NCBI GenBank assembly: GCA_964016885.1
Contig: OZ024754.1
Coordinates: 41,726,001-41,790,000 of the forward strand
Origin: Eledone cirrhosa
Lineage: Eukaryota
DNA length: 64,000 bases
Direction of reading: 5' to 3'
In this document: positions 13,392-28,100 of the stretch, piece by piece
Layout of the letters: each line of letters opens with the position of its first letter
Position numbering within the stretch: position 1 is the stretch's first letter
Made by a program: the position numbers and the translations under genes
The notes under the pieces: model-generated
Database searches by the model: none
Told to the model about the DNA's origin: nothing
What the model saw: only the letters and a program-made list of their open reading frames with translations

Positions 13392-14101
13392 TGTATGTAA
13401 ATCTAATCTCTTCCTGTGTTTTGACCCAGTTTTTGCTGGTGACTAATGACGGGATAGAATGTTCACATGCTGAGAAATATTTGAACTAGCAGCTAATAGT
13501 TGTGTGTGAATATTGATTATTTGCTGGCCTCTGGTAAGAATAATGTCAAATTGCTCTCTATCCTGTTGAAATATATTCCTTCTATGACTAATGAAAATCT
13601 TACAATCACGTATCAACCACAACAACAAAAGCTGTAAATTATTTTGTTGGCTACATTTTAAAGAAATATGTCTTTTTGGAACGGTATCTGATTACATAGA
13701 AGAAAAACATATTTGAGAATTAAAAGAAAGAGTGTGAAAGAAATTTTAGCCAAGTGTTATAAAGAATGCATTCCTGAGATGCATTACACCCAGTAAACTA
13801 CTTTATTTGTATATTTACTGCCTTTGTGTGGATTATATATTATAATGTTAAAGAAAGCTGTTGTTTCTCCTTAGAGTTTCACACATTTCTATTGATGTTT
13901 ACTGAGTAGTGACCTTTGTTATTACTATAGGGTGTAATGACCCTAACCCCCTCCCATGCACGAGTAAGTCTTGGGCTGAGCTGGTTATGGTTGACAGTGT
14001 CTGGTATGGGACCCTTTTTGAAATGCTGAGTTGGTATCCAACCCTCGTTGAGAAGGAATTTGTGATGATAGAAAACAAAGCTAGCAACAACCTTGCCTTT
14101 A

Positions 14102-14469
14102 TTAACCCTTTAGTTACCAACCCAGCCAAAACCAGCTCTGGTTCTTTGAAATAAAACCACCCATTTTAACCCTTTAGTTACCAACCCAGCCAAAACCAGC
14201 TCTGGTTCTTTGAAATAAAACCACCCATTTTAACCCTTTAGTTACCAACCCAGCCAAAACCAGCTCTGGTTCTTTGAAATAAAACCACCCATTTTAAATG
14301 TTTCCAATCTAAAATTAAAATCTTTCAACACAATTTTATATAAGAACCTACATTAAGTTACTATCTTAGTAATGAAATCATTAATAATTTTAGAAAATCG
14401 CTCAAAATTCTCCATTAATTAATTAAAATAGAGTGTATTTCATTAGAAATGTGGTCATGAAAGGGTTAA
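14102..14469. mobile_element. TTAA-flanked MITE family 2 with a triplicated 64-bp left end
   Basis: TTAACCCTTTAGTTACCAACCCAGCC x3 at 64-bp period; ends AAAGGGTTAA. Confidence 0.75.
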
Positions 14470-14780
14470 TCAAATTTACTACAGAAACGACAATCACCCA
14501 ATATTCTATAGGGAGCTTAAGGAACTAAAAAAATAAAATAAGTTGCTATTATTCAAATTCAACTTTTAATTACAGCTGCTATTAATTTAATAACATTTCA
14601 ATTGAAGTGTTTAATTACAGAAAAATCTAATAGTTTTGAATATTACATGCCTTGTTGGCTGTAGCAGGAAAAACAGGTGTTCTAATACTGGTCTAATGTG
14701 TTGTAATAGGGGTCTGAAAGAAAGTGCTTGGTGTTGGTAATTAGTAAGGTACAACAGGTTGGGGATTTATTAGGATTGTC

Positions 14781-15011
14781 TTAACCCTTTAGCATTTAAA
14801 CCGGCCATATCCGGCCAATTTCCTCTCACCTCTTTCTGTTCAAATCAGCCATAACTGGCCACTCTTACTGATGTTAAGGTATTGTTCTCAAAATAAATAT
14901 AATATCAAAATCTCATAGATTCGATATTATGCGAGATGATTATGTGAAATAAAGTGCTTACTGTGAAAATACAATAGTGTATATAGAGTAACGTAAATGC
15001 TAAAGGATTAA
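14781..15011. mobile_element. piggyBac-like MITE family 1 copy
   Basis: TTAACCCTTTAGCATTTA...TAAATGCTAAAGGATTAA. Confidence 0.88.
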
Positions 15012-15108
15012 ATTGCAAAATCTTCTTACCCCCTACCTGTCTCTCTCTACGATGATGATGATGATATATATATAAATAAATCTACCCATTTTTTTTAAGG
15101 GTGCCTGT

Positions 15109-15326
15109 TTAACCCTTTATCATTTACATTACGCTATATATACTATTATATTTTCATGGTAAAGGCTTTACCTTGCATAATTATCTCACATAATATCGAA
15201 TCTATGACATTTTGAAAGTATTTATTTTGAGAACAAAACCTTACCATTAGTTTGAGCAACCAGTTACAGCCAATTTCAACAGAAAGGGGTAGAAAATTGT
15301 GGCCAGTTTGAACATTAAAGGGTTAA
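15109..15326. mobile_element. piggyBac-like MITE family 1 copy (opposite orientation to 14781)
   Basis: TTAACCCTTTA...TAAAGGGTTAA. Confidence 0.85.
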
Positions 15327-15494
15327 ATTAAAATCTGAACTTTTCACTAAATTATATTAAATTTTAATAATGGTTTTTGATTTGGGAACGAGGCTAACGA
15401 TTTCGGAGGAGTGAAAGTCGATTAAATCGACCCCATTGGTGCTTTATTTTATTGACCCCATAATTTATTTTAGTAAATCCCACCAAATTCTTCA

Positions 15495-15749
15495 TTAACC
15501 CTTTAGTATTTAAACTGGCTGAATCCGGCCAGAATTCTCTCACCTCTTTCTGTTCAAACCGGCCATAACCGGCTGCTCACACTTAATTTCAAACATCTCA
15601 TAGATTCAATATTATGTGAGATAAAGCCTTTACTGCGAAAATACAATAGTAATTATGGAGGTATTTATACATTTTCTGGTGGTAGGGGGTGATGGGTGGA
15701 GGTCATTGGTTGATGGATTGTAAGAGTAATGTAAATGGTGAAGGGTTAA
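15495..15749. mobile_element. piggyBac-like MITE family 1 copy, rearranged
   Basis: TTAACCCTTTAGTATTTA...TAAATGGTGAAGGGTTAA. Confidence 0.75.
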
Positions 15750-15968
15750 TTAATTTCACTAGAAATATGAAAATGAAATGGTTAATCTCAGGCTCTCAAC
15801 ATATTCTACTCCAGTCCCTGAATATGTCTGAGGCCAACAACTTATCTATTTTCTCTCCATCCTCTCGGCATTCTTATTCTTTCTCACTGGCTAACTACTC
15901 TCTTCTCTCTTTCTACTCACTTTTGCCTCTCTCTCTCTCACCTTTCCACCTCTCATCCCTTCCACACA

Positions 15969-16028
<60 letters not shown>

Positions 16029-16312
16029 TGGTCTCCTTCATCCTCCAACATTCCTCATGGCTGTCTATATTTATTTAGCAACCTGTCTCCTCCACCTACT
16101 GCCTTTTTTTTTGTTTTCTTTCCTGTGTTTCTTCTTATTTTCACCTTCTCTTGTTGGCTTCCAGCCAGAGAAACCATGCCGAACAAAGACCTGACAGGAC
16201 TCTTAGTTGTGTCAAGGACAGGACAGCTTCATTAGTGTTGATACCATGGTAAAATACACCCAGTACACTCTGTAAAGTGGCTGGTGATAGAAAGGGCATC
16301 CAGCTGTGTGTT

Positions 16313-16526
16313 TTAACCCTTTAGCATTTTAACTGGCCATATCCGGTCAAAACTTTCTCATCTCTTTCTGTTCAAACCAGCTGTAACTGGCTGCTCATAC
16401 CTACATTAAGGTATTGTTCTCAAAATCTCATAGATTCAATATAATGTGTGATAGTTATGTGGGGTAAAGCCTTTACTGTGAAAATATAATAGTAAATATA
16501 GAATAATGTAAATGCTAAAGGGTTAA
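16313..16526. mobile_element. piggyBac-like MITE family 1 copy
   Basis: TTAACCCTTTAGCATTT...AAATGCTAAAGGGTTAA. Confidence 0.88.
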
Positions 16527-17879
16527 GTAATTTTGAAAATAACCAAAAATTAGGAGGAATTTAATAAAATTATGAAAACTTCAATGTACCCTTTTGACGA
16601 TGAAAAATAGCCTCTCCAGTCAAGTATATAAGCCCCTTGAGATGGAAAATAATGGACATTATTATTGTTCACTTTCTTCTATCTCCAGGGGTTTATAAAC
16701 CCAGCTTGAGAGATTATTTTTCATAATAAAAAAAAATGTGCATTGAAGCTTCTAACTTTCAAATTAATTTCAATAAAATTTATACCCACTTAACAGTTCT
16801 AAAAATATATCGTTTGTTTAAAATTATGAAAGGTTTTAATATAAAAATAAACATTAAAAAAAATGAGCAATTTTGTAACATAAACCCCAATCAGTTTCAA
16901 GTGGTTTGGTATCAAAAGGTTTAATATTTAATTTTAGGTTTGGTAGGTTTTATAAGAACTAGTTTAGGTGGTTTGTGTTATTTTGGTTTCAACTGAGTTT
17001 TGTGTTGAAATCTTTCTATATTTGATATTAGCTTTCATTTCTCTTTTATCTATAAAATATATAGGATGTTTAGAATCAACCCCTTTAAAATGGGGTCTTA
17101 TTAAGGATAAAAAACCCATCAGGTTTTTAACTTCTGATGAAATTTTATCTAAAAAATTCAGGTTGTATTTGAATAAAGAACAGGTAACACAGAGCAGCTT
17201 TGTTGCTTTCTTTTATCTTAAATCATATCATACCTTTCACATTGTCACAACCTTCGAATTACCTTCTTAACCCATCAGTATTTGAATTATAATTTTGGAA
17301 GAAACTTATATATTCTTTTGCTTACTACAGCTCTTTGAAGGAAAACAACAAATGTTGGCAGTTTGTCAGATATAATTAGAGATTTTCAGAAATAGATCTT
17401 TGTAGCATTGTAATAGTTATTTTCTGCAGCATATTTAGAGAAGTAGTGTAAGTTAGTGATGAGGAATAAAAGTGTGTATCAAGATAAAAGGTGGGTGTTT
17501 TGTAGGAGTTAAGATTATGAATGGTTCATGTTATCAAACCTTCTCACACCTGCCACAATGCACCAGGAAAATGTTGAAGATAGTAATTGTGTAATAAGCA
17601 GAAAAGATGTATTTTTCTACTATAAGTTTTACTATTAGGTTGAGCAGATATCGCGTAAGCCATTTGATGTTTATTTAGATAATAGATGGAATCAGTCATG
17701 CCAAATATGTTTTTTTAATGGAAGTAATGAGTTGAAAGAAATAGCAAGGAATAATAATATGGTTTTTGTTTATTTGTTTGTATTTTTTGTTGTTTTTTTT
17801 TTGTTTTGTTTTACCTTTGAAAAGCTATCTTTTGATTGTTACAGTGAAGGATTTCTAATATAGGCACAAGGTGACAGAA

Positions 17880-18063
17880 TTTATGGGAAGGGATAGACCC
17901 GAGCAAGATTGTTGGATAACATCCATGAGCTTGGCTGGTCTCACTTGGGGATCCAGCGGGATCAGTTGGAGACAGTTGCTTCCGACAGGACCTGCTGCAG
18001 GGAGTGTTTGAGGACTATTCCCTCATGACCCTCTCGGGTATAAGTGGGTAAAGAAGAAAAGAA
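17880..18063 (+). mobile_element. RTE-clade LINE 3' end with GAA-rich tail (second copy on minus strand at ~52010-52210)
   Basis: RPRARLLDNIHELGWSHLGI...ASDR; matching reverse-complement copy. Confidence 0.7.
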
Positions 18064-18681
18064 GGGGTATATTTGTTTAAATTAGTAAACCTGGAAGAAA
18101 GACAAAGTCAAGTCTGATGGGATTTGAGTTAAATATGTAGAGAGACATAGATTAATACAATAAGGCGTCAATACAAAAAGCGCCAACTCCACTCTGGAAG
18201 GTGGTAGTGCTGGTGTCACAAAAAATGCTACCAGTACATGCTGTAGGTTGACATTAGGAAGGGCATCAGGCCCTAGATTCTAAGCCCAAAACGGAACATA
18301 TGGGCAAAACATGGTCACCTGACCTGTCTAATATCAGACATGACAACCTGGCTAACCCATGCAAGTATGGAAGATAGACATTAAACTGGGATGAGGATGG
18401 TGGAATCATGGTTTAAATTCCAACCATTCGATGCATTCATCACAAATGTCTTTCTTCCAAAGAAAATGTTAAGTTGTTAGATCTGACATAGTGCTGAAAT
18501 GGCACAAAAGTTTATTTAAATCTGAGATTACAAGAAAAGTTATAGAATATCATCTGATAAGAACTGTAGCGCTTCTCTTATCTTTACCAGGTATATATAT
18601 AGATATATGTGTAAAAATATACTCATATATATATATATGCATATATATATATATATATATATAAAAATATACATATATATA

Positions 18682-18738
<57 letters not shown>

Positions 18739-18917
18739 TTATTTATATAGATAGATAACACACACATATATATGCACATATATAAATATACACACATACA
18801 CATAGATATGTCAAAATGTTGCAATTCTAAATTTTGCCCCAACTGAAGAATTTTATCATTTTTTGTTTTTCTTTAACACCCCCCCCCCCCTCTCTATCTC
18901 TCTCTCTCTCTCACTCA

Positions 18918-18952
<35 letters not shown>

Positions 18953-18971
18953 CCTTTCTCTCTCTCTCTCT

Positions 18972-19002
<31 letters not shown>

Positions 19003-19096
19003 ACTCACTCACTCACTCACTCACTCACTCACTCACTCACTCACTCACTCACTCACTCACTCACTCACTCACTCACTCACTCACTCACTCACTCAC

Positions 19097-19136
<40 letters not shown>

Positions 19137-19824
19137 GCTACATATGAATGAGATTGTTTTACATACCCCCCCCCCTCCTTTATCACACACGCATTCTTTC
19201 TCTTTCTCTGTTTATCTCGCTCTCATCTCCTTCTTTTATGTCACCCTGACTCCTCCCCTGTTTATCACACATTGTTGATATCGCACACATTCCCCCCCTT
19301 TCCCCCTGTTTATTTCTCTCTTTCATCACCACCCTCATTTGTCACCCTCACTCCCTCCCCATCAATCTCTCTTCCTCCATCAACCTATTTAATGCCTTTT
19401 TTTTTTTTTTCATCCAATCTCTTTTTACTGACAATCACAATGTAGCTATCTCTACCCCCCCCCTCCTTCCCTTTTTTCTTCATCCCCCTCTCCTCTCTCT
19501 TCTTCATCCCCCTCTCCTCTCTCTCTACCCCCACTCCTCTTTCTACATCTCATAGGTTTGTCAGATGTTTTAATAATACCCCCCCCCCCCTCCATAGCCC
19601 TAGCAATGTGATAAGAAACATCTTCAAGAACATGATGTGGCCCTCACTTCAGGATTCAAAGTCCTGACCTTACAATATTGAGTCAAACACCCTAACCACA
19701 AGGCCACACATTTACTACAACTAATCAACTATGAATTAGACACCAATTTAAATGTAATTCTCTGACTGTTCTCTAAGAATAAAACTATTGGTAAAAATGC
19801 CAAATGTTTTTAATACATGTTCAG

Positions 19825-19972
19825 CAGAGTACTCAATACTTAGGATAGTAGAGTATAACTATATTAAAAAGAGTCAGGGCCCTATGGTCGAGCTCTTGCC
19901 ATTTAGACAGCTAATTCCAGACATCTGGAATTAGCTGTTGAAATGGCTAGAGCTCAGCCCTGACTCTCTTTA

Positions 19973-19975
<3 letters not shown>
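19825..19975 (-). mobile_element. Hairpin-plus-tail element (family H) copy
   Basis: AAGAGTCAGGG...CAGCTAATTCCAGA CA TCTGGAATTAGCTG...CCCTGACTCT with tail on the left. Confidence 0.8.
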
Positions 19976-20029
<54 letters not shown>

Positions 20030-21295
20030 ACCACTCTTGCCTCAAGTGGGACTACCCCCGTCCAAACCCATGCAAGCATGGAACACGGACGTTGATGATG
20101 ATGATGATGATGATATCATCATCTTCGTTGTCCCACTTGAGGCAAGGTTGGTCGGGTGACCATGTCTCGCTCATATAGGACTATCTGGCAGGTTTTCTAC
20201 GGCTGGATGCCCTTCCTAACACCAACCACATTTACAGTATATATATATCTAGTCGTAAGTGCTTGTATCCAGTGTTTCTATAAGCTATATCCTGTTAATC
20301 TTCCAGATTGGGTTACAGGTATCAATCACCATTAGTATTGAGTAATCATCAATTATGTTTCCTGATAAGTATCAAGAATATCGAACTAGTTAATAACATA
20401 TTTTTAGTGTTGTGAGACTTTTTGTTTCCTCATAGAAAATACCTTTTATTGTAAAAAAAAATAAGAAAGAATCTGATTGACGTGAACAATATGAGTAGAG
20501 TAGAGTAGAGAAGAGAAGAGAGAGAAGAGAAGAGAGAGTAGAGAAGAGAAGAGAGAGTAGAGAAGAGAGAGTAGAGAAGAGAAGAGAGAGTAGAGAAGAG
20601 AGAGTAGAGAAGAGAGAGTAGAGAAGAGAAGAGAGAGGAGAGAAGAGAGTAGAGAAGAGAGTAGACATTAAAATTTGATCTGTACATTAAACATTTCTGT
20701 ATTAATGGAGTACATTAATTCTTTCTTTCTGGAATGAAAGATCTATATTTCATGTTAATATTATAACGATAATAGAATTGAGGTAATGATTAGATGAACA
20801 TGTTGATGACGAGGAAGAAAGGAGAAGAAAGATCTTGATTAATATTTATATTTTTGTGTATGTATATATATATATATGTGTGTGTGTTGTATATATGTGT
20901 ATATATATATATATGTATTTAAAAGGTAAATAGAAATAACACAATTGGTACAGTATCTGTATATACACACACACACGCACGCACGCACGCACGCACGCGC
21001 GCATCTGTGTATATACATGTGTTTTGTATATGTATGTGTATATATATATATAGGTGTTTGTGTGTATATATATATATATACACACACATGTATCTATGTA
21101 TATATATGTGTGTGTGTGTGTGTGTGTATATACATGTGTGTATATACATGTGTATATATACATGTGTATATATACATGTGTATATATGTGTATGTATATA
21201 CATGTGTATATATGTGTATGTATATACATGTGTATATATGTGTATGTATATACATGTGTATATATGTGTATGTATATACATGTGTATATATGTGT

Positions 21296-21525
21296 ATCAA
21301 CATATGTTAACCTTGGTCTTCCCCTTCTAGTAAGTCCATGTAGGGGCTCCCAAAGGAGCACTGAGTGCAATGTCAACTCTGGATGTCGGTGAGCATGTCC
21401 AGCCAACCTCAGTCTCCTCTGTGTCACTTTTGAGCTGACTTTTGGGATGCTCCCATACAGCTCTGAGTTTTTCATCCTCAGTGTATACTGATTAATGTTC
21501 AGAGCCATCCTCAGCATTCTCGTTG
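21296..21525 (-). mobile_element. RTE-clade LINE ORF C-terminal fragment
   Basis: RMLRMALNI...NSELYG...QRRLRLAGH...LLWEPLHGLTRRGRPRLTYVD. Confidence 0.85.
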
Positions 21526-21716
21526 GAGATGCAGGATATGGCAGCGATAATGAGGGACAGAGACCGCTGGAGAGAACTCGTCCATGGATCTCGGGAATTT
21601 TACCCGCCTTAGATAGATAGATATATGTGTATGTATATACATGTGTATATATGTGGATGTATATACATGTGTATATATGTGTATGTACATATGTATGTAT
21701 GTGTATATATATATAA

Positions 21717-21752
<36 letters not shown>

Positions 21753-21756
21753 CTAT

Positions 21757-21787
<31 letters not shown>

Positions 21788-22161
21788 CACCCCCCCCCCC
21801 TCCTCCCCACACCACATATGTATAAACCTCTGTTAAAGAGACTGGAGCTGAGTGGGAAAAGATTCCAATACTTGTAAGTCTTATAAAAGACTATATTTCT
21901 CAGCAGTACTGTTAGTCTATTGAAATAGGATTTCTATAACATTTACTAATCCATTTATCTCATCATCTTAATGGTAATTTCTGATCACTTGCTGAAATAT
22001 TGCTTTTATCTTCAACACATGTAGTATTTAAAAGCTTGTTTAAGACTTCTCCCTTCTATATATATACTATACATTCATGATTATACATTCTCAAGCATAT
22101 ATATATATAGTCTTGCTTCCTTGTGTGTTTATGCATACGCCATATATATATATAGATATAT

Positions 22162-22196
<35 letters not shown>

Positions 22197-22323
22197 AAAA
22201 TGTGTGAAATCCTTGACACAGTTATATTTGAAAAAAGGAAAAGAAAGATCTACCAACTCATAATATTATAAAATTAAATCAAATTGTTTAGAACTACAAG
22301 TGAAGTCATTCTTTTCCTTTCTT

Positions 22324-22359
<36 letters not shown>

Positions 22360-22367
22360 ATAGAGTT

Positions 22368-22480
22368 GGAACTAGATGTTGAAATGGTAAGAGCTCAGCT
22401 GTCGGGTCCTGACTGTATAATATAACCATACTCTACTACCCCAAGTATTGAGTACTCTGTTGAGTAATGGTCCAACCAGT
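22368..22480 (+). mobile_element. Family H copy retaining only the right arm and tail
   Basis: GTTGAAATGGTAAGAGCTCAGCTGTCGGGTCCTGACT...ACTCTACTACCCCAAGTATTGAGTACT. Confidence 0.7.
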
Positions 22481-22521
22481 TTCAAGCTGGTTCCATTCTG
22501 ATTTATATATATATATATATC

Positions 22522-22706
22522 TGTTTCTTCTTTAGGCACAAGGCCAGCAAATACCCAGTTCATTACTGGTACTTTATTTTATCGACCCCGTAAGGATGAA
22601 AGGCAAAGTCAACCTCGACAGGATTTGAACTCAGATCGTAAAGGGACGTAACTATGCTGGAAAGCATGGCGTCCGACCCTCTACCGATACTGCCAATCCA
22701 CCGCCT
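22522..22706 (-). mobile_element. tRNA-derived SINE group A, full length
   Basis: Reverse complement starts GGCGGTGGATTGGCAGTATCGG; same body as 3490. Confidence 0.88.
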
Positions 22707-22764
22707 TATATATATATATATATCATCATCATCATCATCATTATATATATATATATATATATAT

Positions 22765-22942
22765 AAAGAGAGTGTGGTGAGATACCAAGTGGACCATAAT
22801 GCACCAGAGTACTCAATACTTGGTGTAGTAGAGTGGGTAATATGAAAAGATTCAGGACCCCGACGTCTGAGTTCTGGCCATTTTGACAGATCAGGCTGTC
22901 GAAACGGCAGGAGCTCAGCCGTCGGGGTCCTGAATCTTTTCA
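22765..22942 (-). mobile_element. Hairpin-plus-tail element (family H) copy
   Basis: TGAAAAGATTCAGGACCCCGACG...CGTCGGGGTCCTGAATCTTTTCA with tail on the left. Confidence 0.82.
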
Positions 22943-23172
22943 CATATATATTGAAAAACATTTAAAAGTTTAGATGCTTAATGAATTAATTTACAAATTA
23001 TACACCTAGAGAAATTATTTAGTGAAGCAGAGGCAGTTGTTAATTAGCTCCAGGTGAAAAGCAATCCAATCATGACCATCTCTTAATTTGTCTTGGGATT
23101 CTTTTTAATACAATAGCGTCTGATGTGAAGGGAATTTTGTTGGTTTGTTTTTGTTGTATTTGGTAAATTCTG

Positions 23173-23393
23173 TTACCTCTTAACATCCTGTAATGGTTTA
23201 GTAGAGAATATCTAAAAACATGTTAACTCCAATGTCTATATCTATAGTAGATTTACTAGTGGAAAGATTGTTGTGAAAATCTGTAATATTAGGGTAATGA
23301 CTTTAATTTTTAATGTCATAATGCTGTTTTGTACCTTTTTAAAAGAATGTCTTGTTAATGTGGTTTCATTTGGTACAGGATGTTAAGAGTTAA
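23173..23393. mobile_element. TTAA-type MITE family 3
   Basis: 16-bp perfect TIR CTCTTAACATCCTGTA / TACAGGATGTTAAGAG flanked by TTAC and TTAA. Confidence 0.75.
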
Positions 23394-25110
23394 AACAGAG
23401 AAGTTTAACTAAATATTCAACTGAACAATAGTGTAAATTGATAGTGAAAATAAGCATCATAAAAATGTAGAAAATATCTTTCATGAAACCAACACTAAAA
23501 TAAACTAACTTAACAAAAGTAAGTTGTAATATATTTTATTGGTCTTAAATTCTTTCCCAGTGTTCAGAGCAATAAATCTAGATTGGTTTAACTTTTGGAC
23601 AAGTTAAATATTCTTCTCTATCTTTGAATATATTACATATTGGTTTGTTGTGTTTGATGATAATGTGAATTAGGTATCTATTTCTGACATAGGTACCAAG
23701 ACCTCATATTTATTGTACTGTAGTCATGCCTATTCTAATTATTATCCATAGACCCCTTTCAGTCATAAATGGCAATGGATTTGCACCTAGATAGTTCCTC
23801 TCTGAGGCACAAGCCTGGACAAGGTTGTTTGTGGAAAACCAGTAGTCACCCATTCATGTCAGTCTCCACTCTCCACACCACTAATATTGTCTAAGGGAAA
23901 GGCAATGGCTAATACAACTTGGCACCAGTGACATTACAATATATATATACACTATATATATATATATATAGTATATATACACTATATATATATATATATA
24001 TACAGTATATATACACTATATATATATATATATATACAGTATATATACAATATATATATATTTATTAAAATAACAGATTAAAGTTTAAGCAAAGAATCGC
24101 TGCTTTCACCCTTAACAGTATATATGTTGTTGTCCAAGGGAAAGGCAACTCATTTCTGCAGCTGAGTAAACTGGAGCAATGTGAAATAGTGTCTTGCTCA
24201 AGTACACAGCACACCACCCACTCCGGTATTTGAACTCACAACCTTATGATTATGAACTCAATGCTCTAACTACAAAGCCATGTACCATCACATTGTAATG
24301 ATATAAACTACATAAATGAGATTTGCACAACTAGCTGACAAACACTGTTGCTTTCTTAATAACTTCTGTTCTATTGCTTGACATGATGGAAATAGAATTT
24401 CTTTAAGTCAAATCTGGTTTCTAATTTTGGTCCTTTCTAACTTTTGCTCAGCTAAGTTAGTTTATTTCAGAAAGAATATTTTATAAAAAAAAAAAATAAA
24501 AAAAATAGATTCTATCTTATCATTGGAAATGTTTTGATAAAATTGTTTTTTTTAATATAATTTGGTTTACTGATTTTAAAAAATGTCAATAAGTTTCTGA
24601 GGAAATAGATGTTTGCCGTTCATAGCCATCGCTAATTTCATTAGTTTCTGGCCAATGAAACCTGTAATCTAAGGCAAATCAATTGCTGAAATGGTTTTAC
24701 TACTATGTTTAATGGGGAAATACTAGAAGCCATACATTCTCTTCCCACACCCAATAAAATGTGATTTCATGCCTAATTAACAAAGTATTTTTGTAATTAG
24801 AACTCTAAATACTCAGGAAATTTCTGCCAGCCTATTTTATATTATGTTAGGGAAAATACTTGCATTGACTCTGTTGGTTTTGTTTCAAATGTATTTCTGC
24901 AAAGTAAGTGATATCATTGAACATTGTTGTAGAATTTGGAACCATGTAGTCTCAGGGTTAGGGTGTTCCCTTCACGTTCATTAGGTCTTAGGTTTGATTC
25001 TTGGACTGGGCAGTGTGTTGTGTTCTTGAGCAAGATACTTCATTTCACATTGTTTTTATGTTAGGACTGGGGCCTTTAATTACATCACATCACAGTGTAT
25101 CGCATGACAT

Positions 25111-28100
25111 CATATCACATTACACCACAGCATATCACATTACACCTCAGCATATCACATTACACCACAGCGTATCACATTACACCACAGCATATCACAT
25201 TACACCACAGCGTATCACATTACACCTCAGCATATCACATTACACCTCAGCATATCACATTACACCTCAGCATATCACATTACACCTCAGCATATCACAT
25301 TACACCACAGCGTATCACATTACACCTCAGCATATCACATTACACCACAGCATATCACATTACACCTCAGCATATCACATTACACCTCAGCATATCACAT
25401 TACACCACAGCATATCACATTACACCTCAGCATATCACATTACAACTCAGCATATCACATTACACCACAGCATATCACATTACACCACAGCGTATCACAT
25501 TACACCACAGCGTATCACATTACACCTCAGCATATCACATTACACCACAGCGTATCACATTACACCTCAGCATATCACATTACACCTCAGCATATCACAT
25601 TACACCACAGCATATCACATTACACCACAGCATATCACATTACACCTCAGCATATCACATTACACCACAGCGTATCACATTACACCACAGCATATCACAT
25701 TACACCTCAGCATATCACATTACACCACAGCATATCACATTACACCACAGCATATCACATTACACCTCAGCATATCACATTACACCACAGCGTATCACAT
25801 TACACCTCAGCATATCACATTACACCACAGCATATCACATTACACCTCAGCATATCACATTACACCACAGCATATCACATTACAACTCAGCATATCATAT
25901 TACACCACAGCATATCACATTACACCTCAGCATATCACATTACAACTCAGCATATCACATTACACCACAGCATATCACATTACAACTCAGCATATCATAT
26001 TACACCACAGCGTATCACATTACACCTCAGCATATCACATTACACCACAGCGTATCACATTACACCTCAGCATATCACATTACACCTCAGCATATCACAT
26101 TACACCACAGCATATCACATTACACCTCAGCATATCACATTACACCTCAGCATATCACATTACACCACAGCATATCACATTACACCACAGCATATCACAT
26201 TACACCTCAGCATATCACATTACACCACAGCATATCACATTACACCTCAGCATATCACATTACACCTCAGCATATCACATTACACCACAGCATATCACAT
26301 TACACCTCAGCATATCACATTACAACTCAGCATATCACATTACACCACAGCATATCACATTACACCACAGCGTATCACATTACACCACAGCGTATCACAT
26401 TACACCTCAGCATATCACATTACACCACAGCGTATCACATTACACCTCAGCATATCACATTACACCTCAGCATATCACATTACACCACAGCATATCACAT
26501 TACACCACAGCATATCACATTACACCTCAGCATATCACATTACACCACAGCGTATCACATTACACCACAGCATATCACATTACACCTCAGCATATCACAT
26601 TACACCACAGCATATCACATTACACCACAGCATATCACATTACACCTCAGCATATCACATTACACCACAGCGTATCACATTACACCTCAGCATATCACAT
26701 TACACCACAGCATATCACATTACACCTCAGCATATCACATTACACCACAGCATATCACATTACAACTCAGCATATCATATTACACCACAGCATATCACAT
26801 TACACCTCAGCATATCACATTACAACTCAGCATATCACATTACACCACAGCATATCACATTACAACTCAGCATATCATATTACACCACAGCGTATCACAT
26901 TACACCTCAGCATATCACATTACACCACAGCGTATCACATTACACCTCAGCATATCACATTACACCTCAGCATATCACATTACACCACAGCATATCACAT
27001 TACACCTCAGCATATCACATTACACCTCAGCATATCACATTACACCACAGCATATCACATTACACCTCAGCATATCACATTACAACTCAGCATATCACAT
27101 TACACCACAGCATATCACATTACACCACAGCGTATCACATTACACCACAGCGTATCACATTACACCTCAGCATATCACATTACACCACAGCGTATCACAT
27201 TACACCTCAGCATATCACATTACACCACAGCATATCACATTACAACTCAGCATATCACATTACAACTCAGCATATCACATTACACCTCAGCATATCACAT
27301 TACACCTCAGCATATCACATTACACCACAGCATATTACATTAAAACTCAGCATATCACATTACACCTCAGCATATCACATTACACCACAGCGTATCACAT
27401 TACACCTCAGCATATCACATTACACCACAGCATATCACATTACACCTCAGCATATCACATTACACCACAGCATATCACATTACACCACAGCGTATCACAT
27501 TACACCTCAGCATATCACATTACACCACAGCGTATCACATTACACCTCAGCATATCACATTACACCACAGCATATTACATTAAAACTCAGCATATCACAT
27601 TACACCACAGCATATCACATTACACCTCAGCATATCACATTACACCTCAGCATATCACATTACACCACAGCATATTACATTAAAACTCAGCATATCACAT
27701 TACACCACAGCATATCACATTACACCTCAGCATATCACATTACACCTCAGCATATCACATTACACCACAGCATATCACATTACACCACAGCATATCACAT
27801 TACACCACAGCGTATCACATTACACCTCAGCATATCACATTACACCACAGCATATCACATTACACCACAGCATATCACATTACACCTCAGCATATCACAT
27901 TACACCTCAGCATATCACATTACACCACAGCATATCACATTACAACTCAGCATATCACATTACACCACAGCATATCACATTACACCACAGCATATCACAT
28001 TACACCTCAGCATATCACATTACACCTCAGCATATCACATTACACCTCAGCATATCACATTACACCACAGCGTATCACATTACACCACAGCATATCACAT

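Noticed and set aside
25001-27683. 780-aa and 862-aa His-rich ORFs
   Set aside because: The 20-bp satellite lacks plus-strand stops in all frames; artefact
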